Assembly: GCA_030867685.1 (NCBI GenBank)
Contig: JAQOWU010000005.1
Location: 1-36,862 of the forward strand
Direction: 5' to 3'
Length of the DNA stretch: 36,862 nt
From: Wickerhamiella versatilis
Taxonomy: Eukaryota
The notes beneath the pieces are model-generated. The model searched no databases. It worked only from the letters and a program-made list of their open reading frames with translations, and was not told the origin of the DNA. Position numbers and translations under genes: made by a program. Below, in pieces: positions 1 through 9,755 of this stretch. How positions within the stretch are numbered: the stretch's first letter is position 1; every line of letters begins with the position of its first letter.

Positions 1-2400
1 CTCTTTCAGTAGCTCTCTGATTTAGACTTGGTGATATCATTAATTAAGTTCCCTGACGCAACAGTGTTTCTAATTCACGTGTGATTCTTCTCTTCTGTGC
101 GGCAGGATTTGGGACCCTTCTATGGTCGCATAAGTAGTTCCTGTGAGGCTAGAGTCTCCGCGATCCGCAGCCTGAAAAGCAAGAAAAATATAACGATTAG
201 AAAAACATTGCAACCGCAACACCAATCTATCAGACAAAAAACCCAAAAGGTCCAACGCCAAGAGCTTATGTTCACCAAGTGCAGCAAACCAGGCTCCCTA
301 TCAAAGCAAGGTCCAACGAATTGCCGCCTGCAATTGCTCGCCAGGGTCCCCAAGCATAACCCAAGGGGGGGGGGGGAGGGGGAGGGGGGCTATACAACAG
401 AGTATGGAAAATCAAAAACCGAATAGAATAATGATACGTAGCTGCTGTTTGTGCAAGTTGTGGTAGATGCTTTTCACAGCATTCCGGCAAGAAGGCTGAG
501 AAACTGACAAAAAAGGAGAACCATGATTAATTATACGCTGTTGGTCTCTGTATAAAAATAATGGCGCACAAAGAGAAAAGCGTTACACAAATGGTTACTC
601 ATGATTTTGATGACTTTCCGGTTTCGCTTCGTTCGATTCGATTCGTCGGTTCGGCCTCGAAAAAAAAGGGTTTTCCTCATTGACAAGAACCACAAAGGTG
701 GTCGAAAGGCCTAGAGAGCCGAACGCTCGAGCGAACACTACGCCAAGCTCAGCAAGACCGGAAAGCCCGAATAGCCAATAGCCCCATAACAAACCAAGAA
801 CAAGCAGTGTGTCCTAAACTAGCAAACTCAAATTTGTCACCACACAGTCAATTGAAGCCGGATATTCCAAGCTAGTTCCAACACTCTGCTGTTCAGCGAC
901 AAAAGGAGTAAAAAGACATTAATAGAGATCTATGACAGAAGGGCAGAGAAGACGACGGGAACAAGCGAGGAGAGGGCACGGGGAGGGGGGGGAGGGGAGG
1001 GAGAGGCGAATATAAAGAGACCCCAAAGTAAGTACCCTCGGCCCCTCACGCACCTACCCCGACGCAGACCAAGCCCCAATCCAACCCAACCGCGGAATCA
1101 CCCGCGCGTCGTCCCGCGCCGAAACACCCGCGTCACCCTCCTCAAACCTATGCCATGACCGATAAGGAAAAGCATTATTATTTTCTTTATTCAGAATTAA
1201 TTTACGAAACATTTTCCTTTGGTAGGAGGAAACGAACCGTGGCAGCGAATTGCCGGCGCGCGTGGTATTCTCCGTCGCCAGAGCATCCGAATAAATTTCT
1301 TCCCAAGCCTGGAATTCTTTGCATCAATTGAGGTGGATTCTCCGTCGCACTAAATCGAACTTTTTAATTCCTCATTTTCTAATTCTCTATTTCTCGCATC
1401 GAATTTCCTTATCTTCCAAGTAAATTCTGCTTCCCGTTTTATAAATCTGCCTAGTTCTTAATTCATTTCACTTATCCCCAACCTTCCCAAGCGCCGATGT
1501 GAACGACCAATGTATGAATTATTTAAACGCGATTCGAGCGTTAATTCGTTTTTCGCGCTCCAATAGCGAAGGCACCAACGAGGAATCCTACGATTCATCG
1601 AATTTCCTCCTTTAGAATCATCTCCGACACGCAGACTCTCAAATCGATCCGCCTTCAACTCACAGACGTCTCCAAAAACCTTCTCAGTCGCTCAGTTTTT
1701 AAATTACCCTTGCATTTGCTTTTTCCATAGAATTTGGAACGATTGCTGAGCTCCCGATTGCTTCCGACTTGGCTCGAATACTCGGAAATCCCGTATCGCT
1801 CAGGCGAACGCCGTCCAGCCGCGCATTCAGGTGCAAATTCAGGTGATTTCAAATACTATACCTCGCTTACTACTTTTCTCTGGGATTTCACAATCTTCTC
1901 TACTTTTATGTTCAATTGCAACCGAATCTCTTATCCTCTTAATCTCAAATCTTCCCCTCATGCAGACTGAATGCACGAAAACATGAATTCTAAACCATGT
2001 GGTTAAAGATAAGTACTTAACCAAATTTCGGCTGAAATTACCCAATTCCACTGGTGGCCCAAGCTAAGACTGGAACTAGTCAAACACGACACACGCAGCA
2101 AGGGCGCAATGAATAATTAGAAATAAACAAACTGCCACAAGAATCATTCAATACCAATCTACTCTCCTAACAACCCCAAACTGTCGGAGACTTTAACAAT
2201 TTCCACCCTAACAATTTCCTCCACTGAAGGACACCACCGCACGAAAATCACACACGAAGACACCCACGAAAACCGAACACGAGCCCGTGCGGCCCCAAAC
2301 CGGCAAAAAAAGGAGGAGGGGCAAAATTAACACATCGCTCCTGGCAACCGAACCTCCTCTCGAAGACCAAATTATCGACGGGGTTAGGGTTGGAGTCTAG
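1..2400. other. Long non-coding region, possibly rDNA external transcribed/intergenic spacer at an array edge
   Basis: No credible ORF. Poly-G tracts at 365-389 and 980-1001, GC-rich block ~1040-1140, GAATT/AATTC-rich low-complexity block ~1200-2040, A/C-skewed + strand. No 18S, 25S or 5S sequence recognised, so the identity is inferred from composition only. Confidence 0.3.
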
Positions 2401-2458
2401 CCAGAACTCCGTAGATTACAACAAGGTGAAACAGCAAGCGTAACAACTTCCGATCAAC

Positions 2459-2465
2459 AAGGAGG
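2459..2465 (+). promoter_or_regulatory. Shine-Dalgarno-like AAGGAGG 10 nt upstream of the SDR start codon (possible bacterial relic)
   Basis: Sequence aaggagg-atagaataca-ATG(2476). Confidence 0.35.
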
Positions 2466-2475
2466 ATAGAATACA

Positions 2476-3228
2476 ATGGCAGGAACGCTTAAAGGAAGGG
2501 TAGCAGTTGTAACTGGTGGCTCTCGTGGTATAGGTGCAGCAATTGTTAGACGCCTGGCTGATGCAGGGGCCAACGTTGTCTTCAGCTATGGGAGGTCAAT
2601 GCAGGATGCTGAGGATTTGGCAACACAGATTCAGCTCAAAAGTGGGTCCGAGATCTTTCCGATTAAGGCTGATCAGGCCGTTCCTTCAGAGATCCGTTCG
2701 CTTATAGGTAAGGCTTACGAGACTTTTGGCAGTATTGACATATTGGTGAACAATGCTGGGGTACTGACAGGCGCTGCTGTTGATGATACTAATGCTGATA
2801 TTGAAGCTTTGGATCGTCTGCTGGAAGTCAATGTGAAAGGTGTTTCCATCGCAGTGCGTGCAGCAGCCCCCCTGTTAAAGTCTGGTGGCCGAATCATTAA
2901 TATTGGTTCCATCTTCGCGGACCGTGCCCCTTTTCCCGGTTTAGCCGACTACGCAGCCTCAAAGGCGGCCGTTGCTGGATATACTCGAGGCTGGGCTCGT
3001 GACTTGGGAAAGAAGGACATAACAGTTAACCTGGTTCAGCCTGGCCCCATCGATACAGACATGAATCCAGGCTCTGGTCCATCTGCTGAAACTCAAAAAT
3101 CATTTTCAGCGAATGGTAAATATGGAAATGCCGAAGATATTGCCGCTACGGTGGCCTTCCTGGCTAGCCCCGAGGCAGGTCACATTACTGGTACTACCAT
3201 CAACGTTGACGGTGGATTCTGCGCGTGA
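2476..3228 (+). CDS. Short-chain dehydrogenase/reductase (classical SDR, bacterial BdcA/YjgI-like)
   Basis: TGGSRGIG, NNAG and YAASK motifs; C-terminal ITVNLVQPGPIDTDMNP...ITGTTINVDGG; 250 aa. Confidence 0.93.
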   Translation: MAGTLKGRVAVVTGGSRGIGAAIVRRLADAGANVVFSYGRSMQDAEDLATQIQLKSGSEIFPIKADQAVPSEIRSLIGKAYETFGSIDILVNNAGVLTGAAVDDTNADIEALDRLLEVNVKGVSIAVRAAAPLLKSGGRIINIGSIFADRAPFPGLADYAASKAAVAGYTRGWARDLGKKDITVNLVQPGPIDTDMNPGSGPSAETQKSFSANGKYGNAEDIAATVAFLASPEAGHITGTTINVDGGFCA

Positions 3229-3518
3229 ATGGCCAACAATATTCCGGTATGCAGTTAACAAGTTGAAATCAAGAGGCGTTTCTTAGGTGGTCTATAGAAA
3301 GTAAATGGAACGTATTTGTTTATAAAATTTATATCCATATAACTGGTGGTGAAACGATTGCTAACTGCGGTCTTTTAGTGAGTTTAAGGTGCCGCATCCC
3401 ACCGGATTTTCCCAACTGATGGTGCCTAAAACGTTAAAAATCTGGGGTCATGCAGGATGGATGAACTGGCTGGAAAGCCTAGAGAGAGAGTATCACGAAC
3501 GGAGGGACTTGTTATGTC

Positions 3519-3540
3519 GTGGGCTATCTTGCATTGTTCA
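3519..3540 (+). repeat. 41-nt dispersed repeat, partial copy
   Basis: GTGGGCTATCTTGCATTGTtCA, ~100 nt upstream of the MOSC ATG. Confidence 0.8.
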
Positions 3541-3636
3541 TAATACTTAGTAACCATGTCTCTACCGCAAATCTTCCCATTTGTTATCTTAAGTTGTTAT
3601 TAAACACAACATTGCTACTTACTTTATTGTTCTGCG

Positions 3637-4563
3637 ATGCACGTATCTCGGATTTTCATACACCCTGTCAAGTCTCTTAAGGGCATCGAGGTTGAAGAAA
3701 GCGAGATAGATGATTATGGGTTCAAATACGATCGTGTATACACGCTTGCCACGGGTCCTAGGGATACCAAGGGTCCATGGGAGACGTACAACCAGAAAAA
3801 TGAGCCTCGTCTCGCTTTAGTTAACACAGCAATTGAGGATGACAATATTGTGGTTAGTTACAATGGACGTGAGCTTCGTATACCGGCTGATCCGAGTAAG
3901 GTTTCCACTGATGGGCCGACTGTGACTCTGAATATGTATGGAAACACATGTGAATGTTTCGACATTACAGATAAATACGATATCTCTTCTGTATTCAATG
4001 GAGTAATTGAGCCCAAGGTTTTACCGTCAGTTCGTCTTCTGGCACCCAAAGTGAGATTGGTTCTGGGAGAAAACCCGACCTACAAGCCGGAGAATATGCA
4101 AACTTGGGACAAGTTCGCTAAATCCGTACCTCGGAAAATGGAAACAGCATTTCACGATCTCTTTCCATGCCATTGTGTCACGAGCGCTAGCCTAGAAGCT
4201 TTGCAGCTGCATGTTAATTCAGGCCCTGACCAATCGTATGAAGTGGTTCCCCAGAATTTCCGGCCAAATATAGTTATTGAAAATGAGGATCCGTGGGAAG
4301 AGGATGACTGGGAAAGTGTAAGGATTGGTAACCACGAATGGTTCCTCGCACTCTCGGCTCCGCGTTGTCCTATCACAACTGTTGACTTAAACGAGGGTAA
4401 ATTCCGTAAGTCAAAAGAGGTTCTGAGATCATTAGGAAAGTTCAGGGTTTTAAATAAAGGAGACAGTCCGTGTTTTGGCAGATATATGGCCCATCGAGAT
4501 CCAAATACTATTGTCCACGTTGGGGACCCTGTAGAGGTTCTGTCGCTTAGGCCTGACGTCTAG
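3637..4563 (+). CDS. MOSC domain protein (MOSC_N barrel + MOSC; mARC/YcbX-like)
   Basis: N-terminal IFIHPVKSLKG and FKYDR; FHDLFP, NFRPNIVI, WEEDDW, PRCPITTVD (conserved Cys); C-terminal VHVGDPV. Confidence 0.9.
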   Translation: MHVSRIFIHPVKSLKGIEVEESEIDDYGFKYDRVYTLATGPRDTKGPWETYNQKNEPRLALVNTAIEDDNIVVSYNGRELRIPADPSKVSTDGPTVTLNMYGNTCECFDITDKYDISSVFNGVIEPKVLPSVRLLAPKVRLVLGENPTYKPENMQTWDKFAKSVPRKMETAFHDLFPCHCVTSASLEALQLHVNSGPDQSYEVVPQNFRPNIVIENEDPWEEDDWESVRIGNHEWFLALSAPRCPITTVDLNEGKFRKSKEVLRSLGKFRVLNKGDSPCFGRYMAHRDPNTIVHVGDPVEVLSLRPDV

Positions 4564-4596
4564 AAACTTTGCTTCTTTCTCCGCAAAATGCAAATA

Positions 4597-4639
4597 TGGG
4601 CTATCTCGCGTTAACCAGCCAGTATGAGGTAGTGAAGTG
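4597..4639 (+). repeat. 41-nt dispersed repeat, full diverged copy
   Basis: TGGGCTATCTcGCgTTaaCCAgCCAGTaTgAGGTAGTGAAGTG aligns ungapped to the consensus; ~35 nt after the MOSC stop. Confidence 0.8.
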
Positions 4640-4689
4640 AGTTATGTGTTATGGTTAATATCTACAGGCTGGTACTCTGAAACCAAAGT

Positions 4690-4733
4690 CCACTTTACTA
4701 CCTGAGACTGGTTGGACAATGCAAGATAGCCCA
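4690..4733 (-). repeat. 41-nt dispersed repeat, near-perfect copy
   Basis: Reverse complement TGGGCTATCTTGCATTGTCCAACCAGTCTCAGGTAGTaAAGTGG; another partial copy at 4769-4790 (+). Confidence 0.9.
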
Positions 4734-5061
4734 TACATGTAACAAGCATACTCCCACAAAAGTCATGTTATCTTGCATTTCCAATCAGTCAAACAGAGAG
4801 TAAGAGTCACTTTATTGACTTTTCCTCACTAGATAGACTACTAACTATCGATATACTGGGGCCTTCTAAAGCACCGGGCTTAGTAAGCACCAAAATCCAA
4901 ATATTATTGTGTATCACTCGGAACTGGAGCACAGAGCTGCTAATGACTTGACTTAAGAGCTTGAATGGGGCGCCAAAATAGATATTGGCTTCAAAGGTTG
5001 CCCAAATAAATGTACACAAACAAATACTCATATTATAAGACCGTGAACTCGATAATACTGT

Positions 5062-5107
5062 GTGGGCTATCTTGCATTCTTCAACCAGTCTCAGTTAGTG
5101 GAGTTGG
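5062..5107 (+). repeat. 41-nt dispersed repeat, full copy
   Basis: GTGGGCTATCTTGCATTcTtCAACCAGTCTCAGtTAGTGgAGTtGG; ~50 nt from the curA-like stop. Confidence 0.9.
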
Positions 5108-5155
5108 TCGGACTTTAGTACGGCAAGTGAAAAACAAAACAAATACATCCAATAC

Positions 5156-6175
5156 CTATTGACTTACCTTAACTACCAGCTTCCCATAATTTTCTCCTTT
5201 TAGAAGTCCGATAAATGCCTCTGGAGCATTCGATAAGCCCTCAACCACGTCTTCCAAGTACCTTACTTGACCATTGCTGACCCATTCGTTCATTTGGCCA
5301 ATAAACTCAGGATACTCATCTGAATGCTCTGAGATAATGAATCCCTGGAACAGGAGACGTTTTTTGAGTATGTCGACTAGGAATGAAGGCAGCTCATTCG
5401 GCCCAGGGACTGCCGAGGTATCGGCGTTGTACCAACTAACGAGCCCACAGACAGGAATCCTAGCAAAGTCGTTTAGATGAGGCAGAACAGCCTTGGTAAC
5501 CGCGCCACCCACGTTCTCAAAGTACACGTCGATTCCATCAGGTACCGCAGCAGCAAGCTTGGAGGCAAAGTCTGGGTCGTAATGGTCGATACAGGCATCA
5601 AATCCAAGAGTATCGACCACGTGCTGGCGCTTTTTCTCACCCCCTGCCACTCCAATAACCCGGCATCCCTTAAGCTTAGCGATCTGTCCAACAGTAGCGC
5701 CCACCGGCCCGCTGGCAGCTGCAACCACCACCGTTTCACCCTGCTTAGGCTGTCCAATCTTCAGAAGTCCGTGCCAGGCGGTGAATCCTGGCATTCCGAG
5801 CACACCCAGTGCCCATGAGGGATGCTTGAGCTCGGAAGGCAGCTTCTGGACTGCCTTGCCGTCCAGCACCGCGTGGCTGCGCCACCCTGACATGGTGAGA
5901 ACAAGGTCGCCAGAAGACAAGCCATCATACTCAGACTGCACTACTTCAGCAACATTGGATCCCGCAATAACATCTCCGAGCTCTAGGCCCTTCACGTATG
6001 ACTTACCAGCAGCCATCATACCCCGCATATACGGATCCAGTGACATCCACAGTGTCTTAACCAGGACTTGCCCCGAACCAATGGGTCCCAGTTCATTCTT
6101 CTCTAGGCGAAAATCATCAGGCTTCGGCTCGCCTACTGGCCGAGAAACCAGGACAAATTGCTCACTAACTGTCAT
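5156..6175 (-). CDS. curA: NADPH-dependent alkenal/curcumin reductase (MDR superfamily, PTGR/CurA-YncB family), bacterial type
   Basis: Long near-identical stretches to E. coli CurA/YncB as recalled: SLDPYMRG, PSWALGVLGMPGFTA, AAASGPVGATVGQIAKLKGCRV, GIDVYFENVGG, ARIPVCGLVS, FIGLLKGENYGK. Start placed at ATG 6175 (MTVSEQFVL). Confidence 0.9.
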   Translation of the reverse strand: MTVSEQFVLVSRPVGEPKPDDFRLEKNELGPIGSGQVLVKTLWMSLDPYMRGMMAAGKSYVKGLELGDVIAGSNVAEVVQSEYDGLSSGDLVLTMSGWRSHAVLDGKAVQKLPSELKHPSWALGVLGMPGFTAWHGLLKIGQPKQGETVVVAAASGPVGATVGQIAKLKGCRVIGVAGGEKKRQHVVDTLGFDACIDHYDPDFASKLAAAVPDGIDVYFENVGGAVTKAVLPHLNDFARIPVCGLVSWYNADTSAVPGPNELPSFLVDILKKRLLFQGFIISEHSDEYPEFIGQMNEWVSNGQVRYLEDVVEGLSNAPEAFIGLLKGENYGKLVVKVSQ

Positions 6176-6210
6176 GGTCGAACTGATCATTAATACAAGC
6201 CCTCTTATGG

Positions 6211-6236
6211 AGTGGACTACCTTGCATTGTCTAACC
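6211..6236 (+). repeat. 41-nt dispersed repeat, partial copy
   Basis: AGTGGaCTAcCTTGCATTGTCtAACC, 35 nt upstream of the curA-like ATG. Confidence 0.65.
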
Positions 6237-6916
6237 CTACCCTGGAGTGTTTGCCACTGCACGTACTTAGAAGCGGTTGTACTTTACATGGGGCAGGTAA
6301 CGTGGACTTGTTGGCCCCAGTACCAAGTCCAGTAGACAAGTAATGATCGCAAATATCCTTTTAAAAAGTTATGCTACCATATAGTCTAATTCAATGCGAA
6401 AAGTAGGTGCAGCAGTCTCAACGCTCTGCATGATTGGTAATATTATCAATCATGCATATTACCAATCATGCAGAATGGCAATACCTCTACGTTTACCTTG
6501 GATATTGCTAACCCATCCTTCACTTTCTGAGCATTGCTTGACGATATTAGGTCTTGAGGAAAACCGGCAAGTGAGAAAATGCTCGAGGCAAATCAAAACC
6601 CAATAATTGCTTCGGAGAGTGAAGTGTACTATCTCCCAGTTGCCTAAATCACTTAGCCAGGATTACCCTACGCCACCAGGATTAACAAAGTTACGCTTAG
6701 TCCGCCGTACCTTGCGTGAGACCTCGCGGAACAGTTATTTCTTCCTCGACAAGTGTGGAACAGACCAAGTTCTAAAGTGGACAAAAACTTCGACAGTGTT
6801 ATTGGGCTCTCAGATGACTATTTGCTGAGCTGATCAGTATTTGCGACGAACATATAGTTCAAGGGGTTCGCTGCACCATACTTCTATGGAACTTGCTTTA
6901 GGTGGATGGGGAATGC

Positions 6917-6989
6917 GGAAAATGCAAGATAGCCCACTATAATACGTTTTGCATTGACCAACCAGTCTCAGGTAGTGAAGTGGGCCATC
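6917..6989. repeat. Two divergent copies of the 41-nt repeat (6917-6938 minus; 6949-6989 plus, one full circularly permuted unit)
   Basis: Reverse complement AGTGGGCTATCTTGCATTtTCC, then TTGCATTGaCCAACCAGTCTCAGGTAGTGAAGTGGGCcATC (exactly 41 nt). Confidence 0.9.
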
Positions 6990-7052
6990 ATCACATCATT
7001 TGTAATACCTCTGTCATTTTAAATCCCCTCGTATCCAACATATCGGCCATAG

Positions 7053-7943
7053 ATGACCCTCCGACATCAACTAATTTTCCTTGAGTGTCAGAATCATGAA
7101 ATCAGGGTGATTTCTCCCGGTTCCAAGGATAGCCAGCTACTGCTCAATACCGGTAAGAAGTATCCAGATGGAATTTGTCTAGATAGTCGAGCAGGTCATA
7201 TATATTGGACGAATATGGGAGAGGATGCTTCTGGTGCTGATTTTTTCTCAAATGATGGTACCATCGAGCAGTGTAATTTGGATGGAACACATTCTAACAC
7301 TATTGTAGCAGCAGGACACGTGGTCACGCCAAAACAGATAGTGAATGATGAATCGGGGTGGTTGTACTTTTGTGACAGGGAAGGTATGCGAGTTATGCGA
7401 GTTAGATACGATGGATCAGATCTTGAGACTCTAGTGAAGCGCGGCAACTGGCCTGACGATATGGAGGATAAAGATCGCCATTGTGTGGGCATCACTCTCG
7501 ACAAATCGCGCAACAACATTATTTGGACCCAGAAGGGATTCCCCAAGGCGGGCCATGGAAGAATATTTCGCGCTCCGGTTGATATTGTCCCCGGCGAGAA
7601 TCCCGCTGGGCGAAGTGATATTGAACTTTTGGCGGGGGGGCTCCCAGAGCCGATTGACTTGTACTACAGTGAAATGTCCGGAAAACTCTTCTGGACAGAT
7701 CGTGGCCAGCCTCCGTCCGGAAATACCCTCAATGTGGCGGACGTTACCGATGAAGGTCTAGCAAACCACCGCATCATATGTGTTGGTTTGGAGGATGGTA
7801 TCGGGCTTGCAGTAGATGAGAAAAATGACGCTTGTTACGTCACTGATGTTGGAGGTTTTCTGAGAAAGGTGGAGTTGTCAACAGGAAAATCGGAAATTTT
7901 ATATAAATCGGGTATGTTAACAGGAATTGAAATTGTCCCGTGA
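7053..7943 (+). CDS. YWTD/LDL-receptor-class-B-like beta-propeller protein (family associated with 3-hydroxyacyl-CoA dehydrogenase)
   Basis: Blade motifs PDGI..D...GHIYWTNMG, NDGTIEQCNLDG, TPKQI, LYFCDREGMRVMR, CVGITLD, WTQKG, LPEPIDL, LFWTDRG.PP.GNTLN, GIGLAVD. Confidence 0.85.
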   Translation: MTLRHQLIFLECQNHEIRVISPGSKDSQLLLNTGKKYPDGICLDSRAGHIYWTNMGEDASGADFFSNDGTIEQCNLDGTHSNTIVAAGHVVTPKQIVNDESGWLYFCDREGMRVMRVRYDGSDLETLVKRGNWPDDMEDKDRHCVGITLDKSRNNIIWTQKGFPKAGHGRIFRAPVDIVPGENPAGRSDIELLAGGLPEPIDLYYSEMSGKLFWTDRGQPPSGNTLNVADVTDEGLANHRIICVGLEDGIGLAVDEKNDACYVTDVGGFLRKVELSTGKSEILYKSGMLTGIEIVP

Positions 7944-8304
7944 TTGATTGCCAAAGTGCAACATCATTAGCGATCAGAAAGCTCAAGTTGAAAACTACAA
8001 GTTCTTCTCGTCTCAAGAGGAGTTTAAGAATGAGTAACAATGCGTGATAAGTTATTATGTAGATAGTCGGATACATTTTGCACTGAGATTTCGATTAGAA
8101 ACAGGTTGGATAGTATTTGGCTAGCATATTCTACGGCACAACTGTGATGAACAAAACAGGTTAAAGTTAGAAAGACAAGAATACTCATTTCTGTTATGTT
8201 TCAACTATATACAGTGACATTACTGAAGATAACATAGCTAGCACATGAAAATTCAGTCTACAACAAGTATCTGGCATATGGTGTTGGTATTTTGGCACCC
8301 ACAT

Positions 8305-9393
8305 CTACAACTGGCTCAAAATTGGATCCTTACCCTTTTCAAGGACTATCTTCACCAGTTCCTTGTCACGAGCTCTTTGCAGAGCCACCTGACTAGAATC
8401 TATCTTTGCCATCTCCCTTTTAATACCACCAGCCGCGGCATTGATGAGCTCTGGTGTGATCTTATCGATGTGCCCTAGATCTGCCCACCAGCTTTCTATC
8501 GGCCTACCCAAATGTTCAAGAAGGTGGCGGATACCACCCTCTCCGCCGCCGAGGTTGAAAGTCATAAACTGTCCCATCAAAGCCCAGCGCAAGCCTGGCC
8601 CGTTGGAAACCGCCTTGTCAATATCCGCCAGGCTGGCCACGTCCTCAGTTAGCAAGTAAAACACCTCCCGAAGCACAGCAGCCTGGATGCGGTTAGCAAT
8701 ATGTCCCGTTATCTCTTTGTTGAGACGCACCGGTTTTTTCCCCAAAGCCTGATAGAAGTTGATGGCTTTCTGTACATTGGCTTCGTCAGTAAGTTTGCCA
8801 GCACACACCTCCACTAACGGAATCAAGTGGGGAGGATTAAATGGATGCCCTAGCAGAACTCGGCCAGGCAGACGCAAGGTTCGCTGATAGTCGGAGATAT
8901 GGAGCCCTGATGAGGAACTGGCAATTATAACATCATCTTTGATATGTTTCTCCAGAAGCTGGAGCAGGGATTGCTTGATAGCGAGATTCTCTGGCCCATT
9001 CGCCTGGATGAAATCAACCTCATGGAAGGCATCATTAACTTCGGTTGTGAAAGTCAGAAGATTAAGATCTACCACAAGGTCAATGTCATTGTCGGAATAA
9101 GCCGCGCGAGCATTTTCAAAAAATGCAATCAAGCGCATCTCAGCAGTAGGATCGGGATCCATAGCGACAACTTTCAGCCCTTTAGAGATGTAAAAGAATG
9201 CCCAGCTCATCCCAATAACACCGCATCCTACTACTCCGACCTTGGAGATATCTTCCACCGAGCCAATGCGGGTACACGGCTGGCTCTTGGCTTTATAGCT
9301 CGAATACGCACGTGCCAACGATGGAATGCTAGAGCGAGAAGCGACTGTCACACGACTGGACCGAAGTAGTACCTTAGACAACAACATTGACAT
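8305..9393 (-). CDS. 3-hydroxyacyl-CoA dehydrogenase family (L-carnitine dehydrogenase/lambda-crystallin-like) with N-terminal presequence
   Basis: GVVGCGVIGMSWA Rossmann motif, GPENLAIK, IIASSSSG, GHPFNPPHLIPLVEV, GHIANRIQAA, GPGLRWALMG. The N-terminal ~40 aa are Arg/Ser-rich and lack acidic residues. Confidence 0.9.
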   Translation of the reverse strand: MSMLLSKVLLRSSRVTVASRSSIPSLARAYSSYKAKSQPCTRIGSVEDISKVGVVGCGVIGMSWAFFYISKGLKVVAMDPDPTAEMRLIAFFENARAAYSDNDIDLVVDLNLLTFTTEVNDAFHEVDFIQANGPENLAIKQSLLQLLEKHIKDDVIIASSSSGLHISDYQRTLRLPGRVLLGHPFNPPHLIPLVEVCAGKLTDEANVQKAINFYQALGKKPVRLNKEITGHIANRIQAAVLREVFYLLTEDVASLADIDKAVSNGPGLRWALMGQFMTFNLGGGEGGIRHLLEHLGRPIESWWADLGHIDKITPELINAAAGGIKREMAKIDSSQVALQRARDKELVKIVLEKGKDPILSQL

Positions 9394-9755
9394 ACAAGGT
9401 TAGAAGGTCTATCGACGAGGAGGGTAAGGGGAGCTATAACCCGGTAAAACACTCCAATCACGTGACTACACGTTGCTTTTGACTAAATCAAGTCAACTAT
9501 GTCTACTGTAAAGTTGGTGTTTGTAGTTAGATATATATATTTACGTATGTATATAAATAATTGTTGGAAGTATCCATAATATCTACAGAGCGTACTTGCA
9601 TAATCAAATGTGTTCGCTGATCAGCAGAGCTATTCTAAGGAGCTACCAAATCAGTTATCCGTAATGAGCTCTCATACCCAGGCTCCTGAGTTCGATGCTG
9701 GAAATTCGGCACAACTTAAGACTATATTCCAACAAGTTCTGGCCACTTCTGACTT

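Noticed and set aside
97-1970. Short ORFs in the first 2 kb
   Set aside because: Mostly non-ATG starts, low-complexity translations, no recognisable motifs.
2381-2391. GGGTTAGGGTT as a canonical telomere seed
   Set aside because: Fewer than two full units; compatible with chance.
4597-4733. Inverted copies as MITE terminal inverted repeats
   Set aside because: No target-site duplication was found, and the same unit occurs singly and in varied phases elsewhere.
6176-6262. N-terminal extensions from GTG/TTG starts in the ORF track (also 25294-25332, 25503-25526, 28092-28127)
   Set aside because: Eukaryotic context, and family similarity begins at downstream ATGs. The 6176-6262 extension also runs through a repeat copy.
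5781-6335. 184-aa + strand ORF and similar overlapping ORFs (e.g. 8944-9369, 29009-29374, 35537-35878)
   Set aside because: Antisense shadows of well-supported genes.
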